Part shown: positions 14,001-24,950 of the stretch, piece by piece
Numbering within the stretch: the first letter of the stretch is position 1
Layout of the letters: each line of letters opens with the position of its first letter
Source of the DNA: Lingula anatina
Taxonomy: Eukaryota > Animalia > Brachiopoda
Length of the DNA: 64,000 nucleotides
NCBI GenBank assembly: GCA_051362555.1
Contig: CM120640.1
Location: 64,334,788-64,398,787 of the forward strand
Direction: 5' to 3'
The notes under the pieces: generated by a model
What the model was told of the DNA's origin: nothing
The model's input: the letters and a program-made list of their open reading frames with translations, nothing else
The model's database searches: none
Position numbers and translations under genes: made by a program

Positions 14001-14184
14001 ACCTGCGTTTTATGAATATTCATCAGCTCTATAAATATAAAGCCAAAAAGTAAAACGGTCTTCCACTTATCGTGTTAACGCTGAAAGTGCACGGCGACGG
14101 CATCGGCGACGGCATCGGCGACGACGGCGACGACAGACGCAGGTGATGGCAATATGTACAGACACATCTGTGTCTGTACATAAA
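11075..14184 (-). mobile_element. HINE family A, complete copy
   Basis: Left end aaCAAGGCAGCAAAGCTGTCAAATGTACAGAC (3' hairpin plus subTIR); right end is the microsatellite and ATGTACAGACACA-tc-TGTGTCTGTACAT; no TSD. Confidence 0.88.
12400..12735. mobile_element. Kolobok-type MITE, 336 bp, TTAA TSD
   Basis: ttaa|AGGGATAATAACTCTT...AAGAGTTATTATCCTT|ttaa. The empty site tgtgttaacagtg is seen in paralogous family A units (e.g. 13913). Confidence 0.85.
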
Positions 14185-15059
14185 AATTGATTTTACACTT
14201 GTCAAATACAACACAGGTGATTGTTTAAAGAATATTTCATAACAGAAAAGGCATCGCTGCTACTGCATAGTACTCATTTAAATAAATGGCATTCAGTTTA
14301 CAAGGCTTAAAGGTATACTGTACCCATTTCAAAATCACTAGGGCCTATGTGTTATATCTATGTTTAAATAAAGCTGTGTGTTTTACAGTATACAGGAACT
14401 AAAAGTGAAGTAAAAGCTTTATAACAGAATATAAACTTGTTTCACACTGGGATGGACAGCCTGTTATACAATTACCATTGTAGCCTCACATAAGACATGT
14501 AAAAAATTGGAATATTCAGAATCTTATTACAGCATTCTATACTACTGCAATGGAGGAATTAAGTCATGTTGGGTATATATATATTTAGATGAAATATTAT
14601 GGAATTAGAAATGGGGACGTTTTATATTGGACACAGGCTGGGGGTACAAACTGCCAGTAAAAAAAACAATCATACAACCGGTGGTGAGTTTACAAGAAAT
14701 GAAACAACCATATCAGAAGTAGGTAAGCAGTTTCCCTGGGGAAATATAACCAGGTATTTTTATGGTATTTACCTTCTTGCCCAGAAGTCAAATTGCTACA
14801 CCATTTTAACATCCGTAACAAATAAGTTGGGTTTCTCTCCAGCTTTAAAAGTCAAAAGTTGATTTCTCAGATATTCACTTCCAATGCTTCTCTAAAACCT
14901 TCAAACTTACTAGCCGCAAGTTTATCACAATTGCTAGCTGTGGGTCTTTAACAATAGGTCTACAGGTAGATGTGGCATAGCAGAGTTAGGTATGGGTCAA
15001 TTAGAGTCCTTTTCAGAGAAGAAATACATTTTCCTGGACACATTTAAGGAGCAATTTGA

Positions 15060-16240
15060 CTGCATGATGGACAGTGATTAAAAGGCAAATGTGTCCTCTG
15101 CAGATATTTGCTTCAATACAACTTGAGGATAAGGTAGTCTGCATTAATGCACAACATTCAATAAGCATTTATTACCACCTGATCACTTAATATTTGTCAG
15201 AAGGTTATTTCTACGTGGTCAGCTTCAAACTGAAGGATACAAAGTCCTTTACATACGTGTTAGATCCTAGCCCACAGCTACAACCGTTTGTACGTCCCTT
15301 GTCCTTGGTGCTTTGACCATCAAATACAGGCCTGTAGCCAGTGGCGTTCTGGATAAAATTTTATCTAATTACACAAATATTTCTTGGTAGAAGATCCACT
15401 TTTTCAGAAAAAGCCCCCCTCCCCATATTTGAGACCGCAAGCTCGACACAATGACTGTCAACTGAGCTGCAGCAAAGTAAACGAAGGATGATGACGAGAG
15501 CCTGTAGCCAGTTTCCTATCCTAACAGACCTGATAAAAACTTCCAGGTTGCAATCATGTCTCAGTAATAGTTCTCCAATCTGACAGGAGCTGGCATGATA
15601 TGAAAACATGTAACTACTTTTGACACAGATGAGCACACCATGAAACAGCAGCTTTAAAGTGTATCGACCAAAACATACTACACCTTCTAGTAGAGTGTTC
15701 ACTTGCGGTGAACAAGTTCTTCCCAGCAAATGACCTGCTGCTTATTTCAGAATCCCACTGCAGGACCAAGAATTAGGATATTTAGGAAAAAGATGCTGAA
15801 ATGACACTCAAAGTGCACCATCTACAAGTTTGTCTTCACACAAAAAAAAAAAAATTAATTTCCCACTCAGCACATTAAAATTACACAATTAACCCAAGTA
15901 CAGACTTGTGTCAGCATGCTCAGTAGGCTTGGGAGAGGGTAAAGCTTTTAGACCTCACCCATCCATGATGGAGCTAAAGGAATTGAATTGACCATTAAGA
16001 ATCAACACACTTTACCATTGGCAATTCAGTAATGGCTGGCCTTTGGTTGTCATAAAAGCAACCAAATACAGATACTGATTAAATGGACAAATAAATATGC
16101 TTTATCAACTATCTCCTCTCTACAATGGCACACAGATACTCCAAAGTAGATCATACATAAAAAGGTAGGACAAGAAGGCTTTAGGTCAATCACTGGGCAG
16201 ACAAGAAGAGAGCGTATGCCTGTAGCACCTGTATTAAAAT
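15060..16240 (-). mobile_element. Heavily decayed LINE-like remnant
   Basis: Fragments IQVLQAYA (~16215-16238, like the APE IQVYAP motif) and WLQALVII (~15490-15515, like the RT N-terminal W..A.I.P motif) lie in the expected order; many stops. Confidence 0.3.
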
Positions 16241-18719
16241 TTAAAAGTATTTACATCAAACCACAATGGGCTCAGGTCGCTCTATAAAATGTAACATTTG
16301 TCATAAAGAATGGAGATGCATATTTAGCTCTTAAACAATCTTATGTGTTGTATTTAGCACACCCTAGAATCAAATTTTCATTAAATTTCATGATGACCTT
16401 GCAATAAGGTCAAGCCTGCATGTGCCTCCTAGATTTTGGAAATAGTTGCAAATGATAAAGAGGGCCCCATTTACAAGGCATTAATTGGCACGCTAAACAC
16501 GTTTCTGACACATTTGGTAATTGAGAAAGTATGGAATTTTGCTTGAAAACCTCATGACCTTGTAATAAGAGGTCAAAAACTTAATCTCTGGTGAACTTTA
16601 AATTAGTTGCAATTGATTGTTTACTTCTCATTTAGAAGGAATTGATACATTTAACATGCATGATTTAGTGACATACGGTTACCAAGATATAGATAATATG
16701 ATATCATTCACTTGGAAAATACCATGACCTTGACATTTTTTAATAATATTGGCCTCTGCTGACCTTGAAAATAGTTGCAAGTGTTTGGCAGTGTCCCACT
16801 TGGTTGGTATTGTTTCTTATAACATGTTTCTATGACACTGGGAAACTGTCATATAGACAATAAGGCTTTTTTTGCTCCAAAAATGCCTTGACCTTGTAAT
16901 AAGGTCATGACCTTGACCTCTGGTGACCTTGATACTAGTTGCAAAAGATTGGGGATCCCTCACTTAGTAGGCGTTGATACTTAAAACATGTTTCTGTGAC
17001 ATTGGGAAATTGTCATATAGACATTATGGGTTTATTTTCTCCAAAAATGCCTTGACCTTGTTATAAGGTCATGACCTTGACCTCCAGTGACCTTGAGACT
17101 AGTTGCAAAAGATTGGGGATCCCTCACTTAGTAGGAATTGATACTTAAAGCATGTTTCTGTGACATTGGGTTCCCAAGTTATGGATTTCAAGTCCACCCA
17201 CCCCATTCAACAGCGGCCATTTTGGATTTTTGTGGAAAATGAGACTTTGCCATGGGGGGATTCATGGGGAAAATTTTTTTGGCTATATTGGGCCTTCAAC
17301 GGACCAGAATCAATTGAGAAACCTTTGTCACCAATTTTTTCCAACCTAAGTTGTTTATTGACTGGCCTATATGGCCTTTAATCATACTTGATTCAAAATG
17401 GTACAAACATCAATATCACTCAGAAACAATTTTCAATCCGCTTCACTTCTTAAATGAAACTCTAAATTCATGTTAGATTTTCACTAAAGGGAACCAAGCA
17501 TTTAAGTCATTTTGATTAGTCAACAAAAATGACTACCCTTCATTCCAAGCAAGGGGGGAACCTCTTAAACAAGGCAGTGAAGCTGTCAAATGTACAGACA
17601 TAAAGCAGAAAAAAATGATGCACAAAATAGGTCACTTTTTCAATTTTGATGCAATATTACATAATGCTTGACAGCAAAACAGCTCCAAATTTTAAAGCAG
17701 CATACAGGAGGATACAGGGAGGGTGCTTTCATAGTTGTTGAGATGATATAAGAGTGGTGTCTAAAATTGTTTATCTTAAATAATCATCACCACTAGATGT
17801 AAATATTACTCGTCAAAACCTGATTTTAACTTCCATTTTTTGTCCGTTCTTCGCCTTCAGTTTTACGGTATAAACTTGAACATTTCGTCGGAAGAGGATT
17901 TTCTGCCGAAGTAATTTTTTTCGTCGAGTTTGATAATGGGCCATCTCAATAATTTTGAAAAGTTTGTCGCATACCTTCATCTCGTTTTCCAACTCAAACA
18001 TAAAGTAATGCGTCAGCTGATTCAAACGATCAAGATATCATTGACGATAACACTCTCAATGGAAAAAGGAACAATAGTGCGCCACTGCGAGCAGCTACTT
18101 ACGATATAGATGGTGTAGATGTGGATTCCCGTTTTCAATTGAGGGAACGTCGGCCTTTTGTCTTTTGTGTAATTATTATTATTACCTGGTTCATACACAC
18201 AAGGTTTGCACAAGAGAAGTCGCATGCTGCGATGCTTTATGTAATGATTTCAATTTGATCGACTGCTGTCCTAAATCAGGAAGACAATGAAAAAATCAAG
18301 ATATTATCTCCAAGGGAAATGTACTCTATTCATGTCCATTGCGCTATTACTATTACCTAGATAAAAACTGGGTATGCTGGGCTAGATCAATTTCAACAGG
18401 TCATTAATTTTGCTTGTTTTGAACTTGGACCATGTATTCATAAATTCAAGTCAAATTCAAGTCCAAGGTATAAACATAAAGTACCCAATGTATGCAATGT
18501 ATGCAATGTATGAAAGCCACTACATGTATGTATTTCAGATTTCTTGAATTTTAAGTGATATACACCTTTACACCTAAGGTACTACTACTACTATAATAGA
18601 CAGATACATAAACTAAATCGTTCAGCATGTAAATAATCATCACATTTACATAGACAAATAATTGTATGTTCATATATATATTAGAGGAAGATAATCAGCA
18701 GGAGTTTGTACCCAATTCG

Positions 18720-19100
18720 AGCAAGACGAAAAGTTCATTTTGATATTTGTTTCAAGGGACTTCGTTTGCAGAAAATCGTCAGCGGGAGATAGTTCGCCAT
18801 CCGAGTGAGATAAGAAGGTAATTCATAACTTCAGCAGGACTCTGTTGGCAGGAGATCGTTCGTGAGACGAGAAGGCAATTTTCATATTTGTTCAAGGGAC
18901 TTTGTTTGCGGGAGATAGTTAGCCATCACAGTGAGACGAGATGACAGTTTTTATATTTTCAGCAGGAGAACGTTCGTATAAGATCATCGGCAGGAGATCG
19001 TTCGTGAGACGAAAGACAATTTTTATATTTGTTCAAGGGACTTCGTTCACAGAAGGTAATTTTCATAACTTCAGTAGGAGATCGTTCGCGTAAGATTGTC
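18720..19100 (+). repeat. Degenerate GAGATCGTTCGTGAGACGA / CAAGGGACTTCGT repeat cluster
   Basis: Imperfect repeated units; reverse-complement relatives at ~41115-41460 and ~42700-42850. Confidence 0.6.
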
Positions 19101-20273
19101 AGTTTTTACTGTACGCTGTCTTTTAAAACTGTTTGTGCGCACACAATTCATTCAATGTGCACACACCTTTTACATAATTGTCAGGGCTTCCTAACCCAGC
19201 ATGACCACTGCATTATTTGACGTTGTCTAAGTGAAAGGTTTCCCAACATTAAACGTCTTATTTACCTCTGTTGACATGCCATTGCCCTCTCTATTATAAT
19301 CCTACTTTTATTCATGCAAGTTTTCCCTCTTATGTGCTAAAAATTTTTTTCTTGCATCGTCCACTGCATTGACTTGTTAAATTAGGACAGCCACATGGTA
19401 TGCCTGCTGACCTTAACCGATGGAAAGTATGTTGAGCAGTTTTTCCACACTTCTTCCTGCCCTTTCATTCATATGCTAGTATCTGAGTCAAGTGACATGC
19501 AAGGGTAGTTACAATCATGGGATGTAAATGCGATTTTAGTTCTTTAATTTAAAATAGATCTTTATTTGAAGTGTTTGATGCTGTGAAAGTGCTGTTTTTG
19601 TGAACAATTTTCAATTAAAACTGCTTTGTATGCCCATTTAAGAATGCACAAACGGTAATACAGACATTAAGAATATGTTACTAACATACGGCGTCAGGCC
19701 CATGAGAGTTAAATTTTATGCAATTTATTACAGAAAGTTTGAAATGTGAAAAATAACCATTTAAGAAAAAACCTACCATTACTTCAAGAAAAAGAAACTA
19801 ATCAGACTGGGTTTCCAACTCAAGTTGTATTACATTTTTAAGAATCACTAATGTAAGTTTGAGCACAATAAGTAACACAGTTTTCCTTCATACTGCTTAT
19901 GGTGGCAGTGCACAAAATAGGACCTTTGTTAATTTGATATTACATAATGCTTCACAACAAAATCAACAACAAATTTTAAGTATGCAGAACAGGTGACAGC
20001 GATTTAAAAATATAAAACAAGCGCACGAGAGTTCAAATTCACACAATGAAAATACTAAATGTCAACAAGGCAGCAAAGCTGTCAAATGTACAGACAAAGA
20101 ACAGAAAATAAAGATGCAAAAAAGGTCATTTTGTCAATTTTGATGCAATAATAAATAATGCTTATAATAGCACTGTCAGTCAACACTGAATTTTAATCTT
20201 GCACAACAGGTAACATGGTCAATAACAGGAGCAGACCCAGAGATATTTTCTGACAGTATTACAAAGTATCTAT

Positions 20274-20698
20274 TGTCGGAGACATTTAATAATTCATGGA
20301 CGATGTCAATAATTTCAAGTCATAACTTTTATTTTATTCTCTATAATACATTGTGTCAATTTTGAAGAGGCTGAGTAAGGCTTGTTTACCTGTCGCATTA
20401 AGAAGCCAGTGATAAGGAAGTATATGAAGCCATTGGCTGGAGTACGTACTAAAAGTGTGTAATATTGAATAGAGAATCAGAATGTACCTGAGCAGGCAAC
20501 GAGTTCACATTAAACGATAGAAACTGGTCATTTTTGTCAGTGTGGATTTCCTCTGTAGCGTCTAGACGTAAAGATTTCGACCGCGAATCTGGAAGGCTAT
20601 ATACTAAAGCGTTATCCTAACTAAAGTATCCAACGGTGTCCGCATTTCGAGCTCAAGTCTAAATTACGTTTATATCTAAAATTGCGTGGTTCCGGACA
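20274..20698 (+). repeat. 5' LTR (425 bp)
   Basis: TGTCGGA...TCCGGACA; no difference from the 3' LTR found by eye. Confidence 0.97.
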
Positions 20699-20703
20699 CG
20701 TTT

Positions 20704-20719
20704 TGGCGTCGCTCGCCAG
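20704..20719 (+). promoter_or_regulatory. Primer binding site (tRNA-Ser-like)
   Basis: TGGCGTCGCTCGCCAG begins 5 nt after the LTR. TGG complements the tRNA CCA end and TGGCG fits Ser tRNAs; tRNA identity is inferred. Confidence 0.7.
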
Positions 20720-20763
20720 TTAAAATTTTTACGTTTCGCAAGAGGAATATCTGAGCTTACACA

Positions 20764-21786
20764 ATGGCCGAGGGGATGCAGCAACTCGTGGAGACGCTGC
20801 AAATAATTGCACAGGACATTCAAGGAGGGCATGTGCGTTCTATCAAAGAGAGGAGAATAGAAGAGGCGGCTAAAGGTATAACAGTCTGCGACGGAGCAGT
20901 GGTGTCGGAGGTAAGGTCGTACTTAGACGACCTAGAGGTAATGTATGCTTCTTTACATGATATTGTCGGGGGAGCAGTTAAATTGGTAACGAAAACGTCA
21001 AGGGGGGCCCTTAGGAGGGAGATAGAAAGGTTTTTACAAACGCAGCCGGCAAGGCTAGAAACCCCGTGGAGAGTAATTAAAGAACACATACAACGATCTT
21101 TCTTATCGGCGAATGAATCCGAGCGCCTTAAATCGGAATTGGAGGTTTTACGACAAGCATCGTTCGAGACGTTGCTGGAATTTAATAGAAGGTTTAGGGA
21201 GGCGGCAAGCCGCGCGTACGCCGCTCCACGTGGCGCGGATACGGAGAGATTTATCGTGAGAGCATATACGCGCGGGTTGTTGGATCAGAGATTGGCTGAG
21301 GAATTAATAGTCAGGGGTCGACCTGAAACTCTGGAGGCAGCCATTCAGTGGACTGAAAACGAAAATTGCGGGAGAGAAATTTTTCGACAAATGACCACGC
21401 AAGGTCATCACGCGCCGCAGACTAACGTCATCGCACAAAACAAATTTGCCGCGACGGTTGTTTCACCAAGGGTAGAGGAAGATATGGATATATCTTCTAT
21501 GAACGCGATTAATAAAGATACGGCATTACTTTTATCCCAATTACAAGAGACCTCCAAAAGCATACAACAAGCACTTAAAGCGCAGGAGCGCATGCAAACG
21601 CGTATCGCAAAAGTGGAAACGCACGTGTACAACTCTCCAGACCACACTCCTACGGCGCGAAATCGTATACAGAAGCCACACCAACAATCGCGTAAACAGA
21701 GAGGTTACGGTTCACCGCGGGCTTACCGCCAATTATGTAATGAACCTTTTACATATGCCTATGATGAATGTCCTAAACTTATATAA
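20764..21786 (+). CDS. gag: Gag (capsid) protein, 340 aa
   Basis: Intact ORF directly after the PBS. LRQASFETLLEFNRRFREAA matches the retrotransposon Gag Q-x-x-x-E-x-x-x-x-F/Y-x-x-R pattern, followed by PETLEAAI and a coiled coil. No CCHC knuckle. Confidence 0.9.
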   Translation: MAEGMQQLVETLQIIAQDIQGGHVRSIKERRIEEAAKGITVCDGAVVSEVRSYLDDLEVMYASLHDIVGGAVKLVTKTSRGALRREIERFLQTQPARLETPWRVIKEHIQRSFLSANESERLKSELEVLRQASFETLLEFNRRFREAASRAYAAPRGADTERFIVRAYTRGLLDQRLAEELIVRGRPETLEAAIQWTENENCGREIFRQMTTQGHHAPQTNVIAQNKFAATVVSPRVEEDMDISSMNAINKDTALLLSQLQETSKSIQQALKAQERMQTRIAKVETHVYNSPDHTPTARNRIQKPHQQSRKQRGYGSPRAYRQLCNEPFTYAYDECPKLI

Positions 21787-23921
21787 TTTTGAACGCTTAA
21801 TTCAAGCGTGGGCTCGAAATAGGACATTACGTTTTGGACTAACTTAATTTAGTGGATAACGCAATTCAAAATTCCACGGTTCGTGTCAGATTTACGTAAG
21901 TCGCGCAAAGAAAACCCAAGTCCACATAATGACCAGTTAAACGATTTATTCGTTGACGCTAAGTAACTACATGATATTCTAAGTGAAGCCTCCAACTCTT
22001 AACCCGTCAGCTCCGTACTCCGTCGCTTCCAACCTCCTCCTCCGCTGCTTCCTTCTACATGTCCCCAGTCTATCTCCCGTTCAATTCTCATCACTTACTT
22101 TAAATACTATTTTGTTATCTTTACATGGATCCAGTGCTGCACTAGTATGAGATGTACGTCAAACATAATTACCTTTAATTGTATAATTAAGGTGTACATA
22201 ACCTCAGTGGACAGGGAACAAGGGCGAAAGGGATAACGGTTAACTTTAACCCTTTCTGCAGGTAAAATGACTCTCAAACGGCTGTACCAGCCTTGGCCAG
22301 GGCGGGTCCAGTCGGTTCGAGCGAAGGTGCACATTCGTCTCGGACAAAACTACGAGGGTTATTTGACTTTGTAGGATGGGCGGCTAATGTTCCTTTTGGT
22401 ATCGGCATATTCTAAAGTGCTGACCAGTGTCGCCAGGTTGTCCAAGAACGACATGTTCATGATAATACTAGGGAGTTACCTAGGGATGTGTTCTTTGTAT
22501 TTTTTTCTGGTATTGATTTGATGTAAAACTTGTATTTTTCAGAAAAAAGTAGAAGACTCCAGAGCCGATTAAGGTGACCATCCAAGAAGCCACGCTGAAC
22601 AAGACGAGCATTTTATCCCAGAATCCACTGGGAGTCTTGAAATATAATGATATTGAAATTCAGTTATTTGTAAAGATTTATTTTTCTTTACATGGCGAGC
22701 TCAAATTTTTATTCATAATGCGTTAATAAAGAATGAAGAGGGTGATGTCATACCTAGCAAGAGCAGGTGTACATAACCTATATTTTGTCACTTGATTCTA
22801 TGAATTATGATCAATAAATGTGGACATAGGGTCATTTTCGTATATAGCACTAATATTTTTCTCATTTTTCTTATAGACAGCGCATGGCCCAAGGAAGTAT
22901 GGAAAAGTTCTAGTAGTTTTGGTTTACAATATTATTGTGGATAGATAATGTTATTCGTATACGACCCTAATGATATTTTTCTATTTCTTCTAGAGAGCAC
23001 AGAGCCCAGCGGACGGAGTGAAAGGATAAATTAGGAACGCTTATAACATTTTTTTTTTTCAATGAGCATGGATTCTTTGTCAGTAAATCTGCATTTTGCG
23101 TTTTAAGTGTACTTTCAGTTTCAGAGCGAATTCCGTAGCAATGTTCAACAGGGCGCGGCTGCAAACATTACCGGGCCGTCTGCGATTTGTGGTCTACGAC
23201 ACCAGCGGGGAGTGATAGCTGAGAGAGTTCCAACTATGGAGGCATCGCCCTTTTCCATCCTATGCGTCGTCTGTAATCTCCACAACGCAAGGGCGGCCTG
23301 CACTCTCCGACGCTATTATCATCGGCGCTCCGATCGTCATGGTGGGCTACGAATCGTGTGGATTTACTGGTGGACGTAATCACGTCGCATTGGCTACGCA
23401 CAAGACATATAGACTCTGACTAGAGAACAAATGACTTATATATTTAAAAGAACGAAATGTTAAAGCAAATGGTCGAGAGACAACTCGATTTTTTTATGTT
23501 TTTGTGCTGTCTGAGCAATTGGATAAACCTATGTCCCTCTTCCTAAAGAAAAAATAGGGAGAGGCTGGCGCAGCCGGCTCTCAGCACCGTTTTACATTTG
23601 CTTATTCAAGGGGTTGCTTGCTCAGAATCATTGTTATTATGACTATTGCCAACTTTTTATGCATATATATGTTCCTTGGTGTTGTTTTAATTTTTCCTGG
23701 TGCTAATAGCAACGTGCATAATACTTAGTGTGTAGCGTACATTATTATTATTATTAGATTAAAATAATCTAGTAAATATGCTTTTCATGGTAATGCTTGT
23801 AGGGTTTAATTAAGATTCTCATTTAAGATTTAAGATTCTCATTTCATGTAAGGCAGTATAATTATTTGAACGTCTACAAAGTAAGAAAAATTTCATATAA
23901 ATATTTCATTTTTCTTTGTTT

Positions 23922-23935
23922 GGGAAAAGGAGGAA
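23922..23935 (+). promoter_or_regulatory. Polypurine tract
   Basis: GGGAAAAGGAGGAA, 2 nt before the 3' LTR. Confidence 0.9.
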
Positions 23936-23937
23936 TA

Positions 23938-24362
23938 TGTCGGAGACATTTAATAATTCATGGACGATGTCAATAATTTCAAGTCATAACTTTTATTTTA
24001 TTCTCTATAATACATTGTGTCAATTTTGAAGAGGCTGAGTAAGGCTTGTTTACCTGTCGCATTAAGAAGCCAGTGATAAGGAAGTATATGAAGCCATTGG
24101 CTGGAGTACGTACTAAAAGTGTGTAATATTGAATAGAGAATCAGAATGTACCTGAGCAGGCAACGAGTTCACATTAAACGATAGAAACTGGTCATTTTTG
24201 TCAGTGTGGATTTCCTCTGTAGCGTCTAGACGTAAAGATTTCGACCGCGAATCTGGAAGGCTATATACTAAAGCGTTATCCTAACTAAAGTATCCAACGG
24301 TGTCCGCATTTCGAGCTCAAGTCTAAATTACGTTTATATCTAAAATTGCGTGGTTCCGGACA
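23938..24362 (+). repeat. 3' LTR (425 bp)
   Basis: Direct repeat of 20274-20698. Confidence 0.97.
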
Positions 24363-24713
24363 CTATGTTGATCCATCCTCCATTTTGATGGTCTTCCAAC
24401 AGAAAAAAATAGATACCAGTCAATATAAACTTAATAACCTGACTGTCTTCCGGAAGACCCAGAAGATGGTCTCAATCCACCCCTTCAATAAGATTACAGT
24501 TTCAGGACCATGAGAGTTCAAATTCACATTATGAAAGTCTCAATATTTGAAAAATGATGACAGTGCATAAAATAATATTACATAATGTTTAAAGACAAAA
24601 AACAATACAACTGCTTATGTAGAAATACAGAAAATGTGCAGAGCCCCAGGCAGATGAGAGTTAAAAGTCACAAATGCAAGTGTTTGAGAAAAAATTATAA
24701 AGGAAAACAACAA

Positions 24714-24950
24714 AACTAGAAAAGCACTTTGAGAGTGCAGACCTCTGCCAAGGCAGCAATTGTTGATTATTATTGATAATTGATTGATTATTGATCCGGA
24801 CCACCACCAAAAATTAATCATTGTCCTCTTTGGCCCACTTCCGACAGTTCCTGAAAATTTCTGCAAAATCGGTCCATAACTTTTTTGTGTTATGTGGATG
24901 ACAGACAAACAGGGGTGAAAATATAACCTCCTTGGCAAAGCTTGAGGTAA
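24714..24950 (-). mobile_element. Short HINE (family D), ~235 bp
   Basis: Minus strand 5' TTACCTC...GCCAAGGAGGTT, a short TCTG/TTTG tract, and 3' CTTGGCAGAGGT-ct-GCACT-ctcaa-AGTGC-tttt-CTAG|TT. Empty site caacaaaaatataattcc at ~38572; no TSD. Confidence 0.8.

Larger units (their letters stand above)
10088..17367. mobile_element. Foldback-like element with ~950-bp inverted arms built of ~165-bp units (family C)
   Basis: 10115-11060 is the reverse complement of ~16390-17347 (ORF-track entries 9985- and 17160+ give nearly the same peptide). Outer ends are ta|GGCCAGT...ACTGGCC|ta. Confidence 0.7.
20274..24362 (+). mobile_element. Non-autonomous Gag-only LTR retrotransposon (Ty3/Gypsy-like, TR-GAG-type), 4,089 bp
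   Basis: TG...CA LTRs, 4-bp TSD CTAT (20270-20273 and 24363-24366; empty site gtatctatgttgatcc at ~11266), PBS, PPT, intact gag, no pol motifs. Confidence 0.95.

Noticed and set aside
14308-14400. TTAA|AGGTATACTGTA possible Kolobok left end
   Set aside because: No matching right TIR with TTAA was found, so the element could not be delimited.
17813-18600. Adjacent minus-strand ORFs and an (ACT)n tract suggesting a Polinton/Maverick fragment
   Set aside because: No recognisable Polinton protein motif and no matching second terminus; evidence is insufficient.
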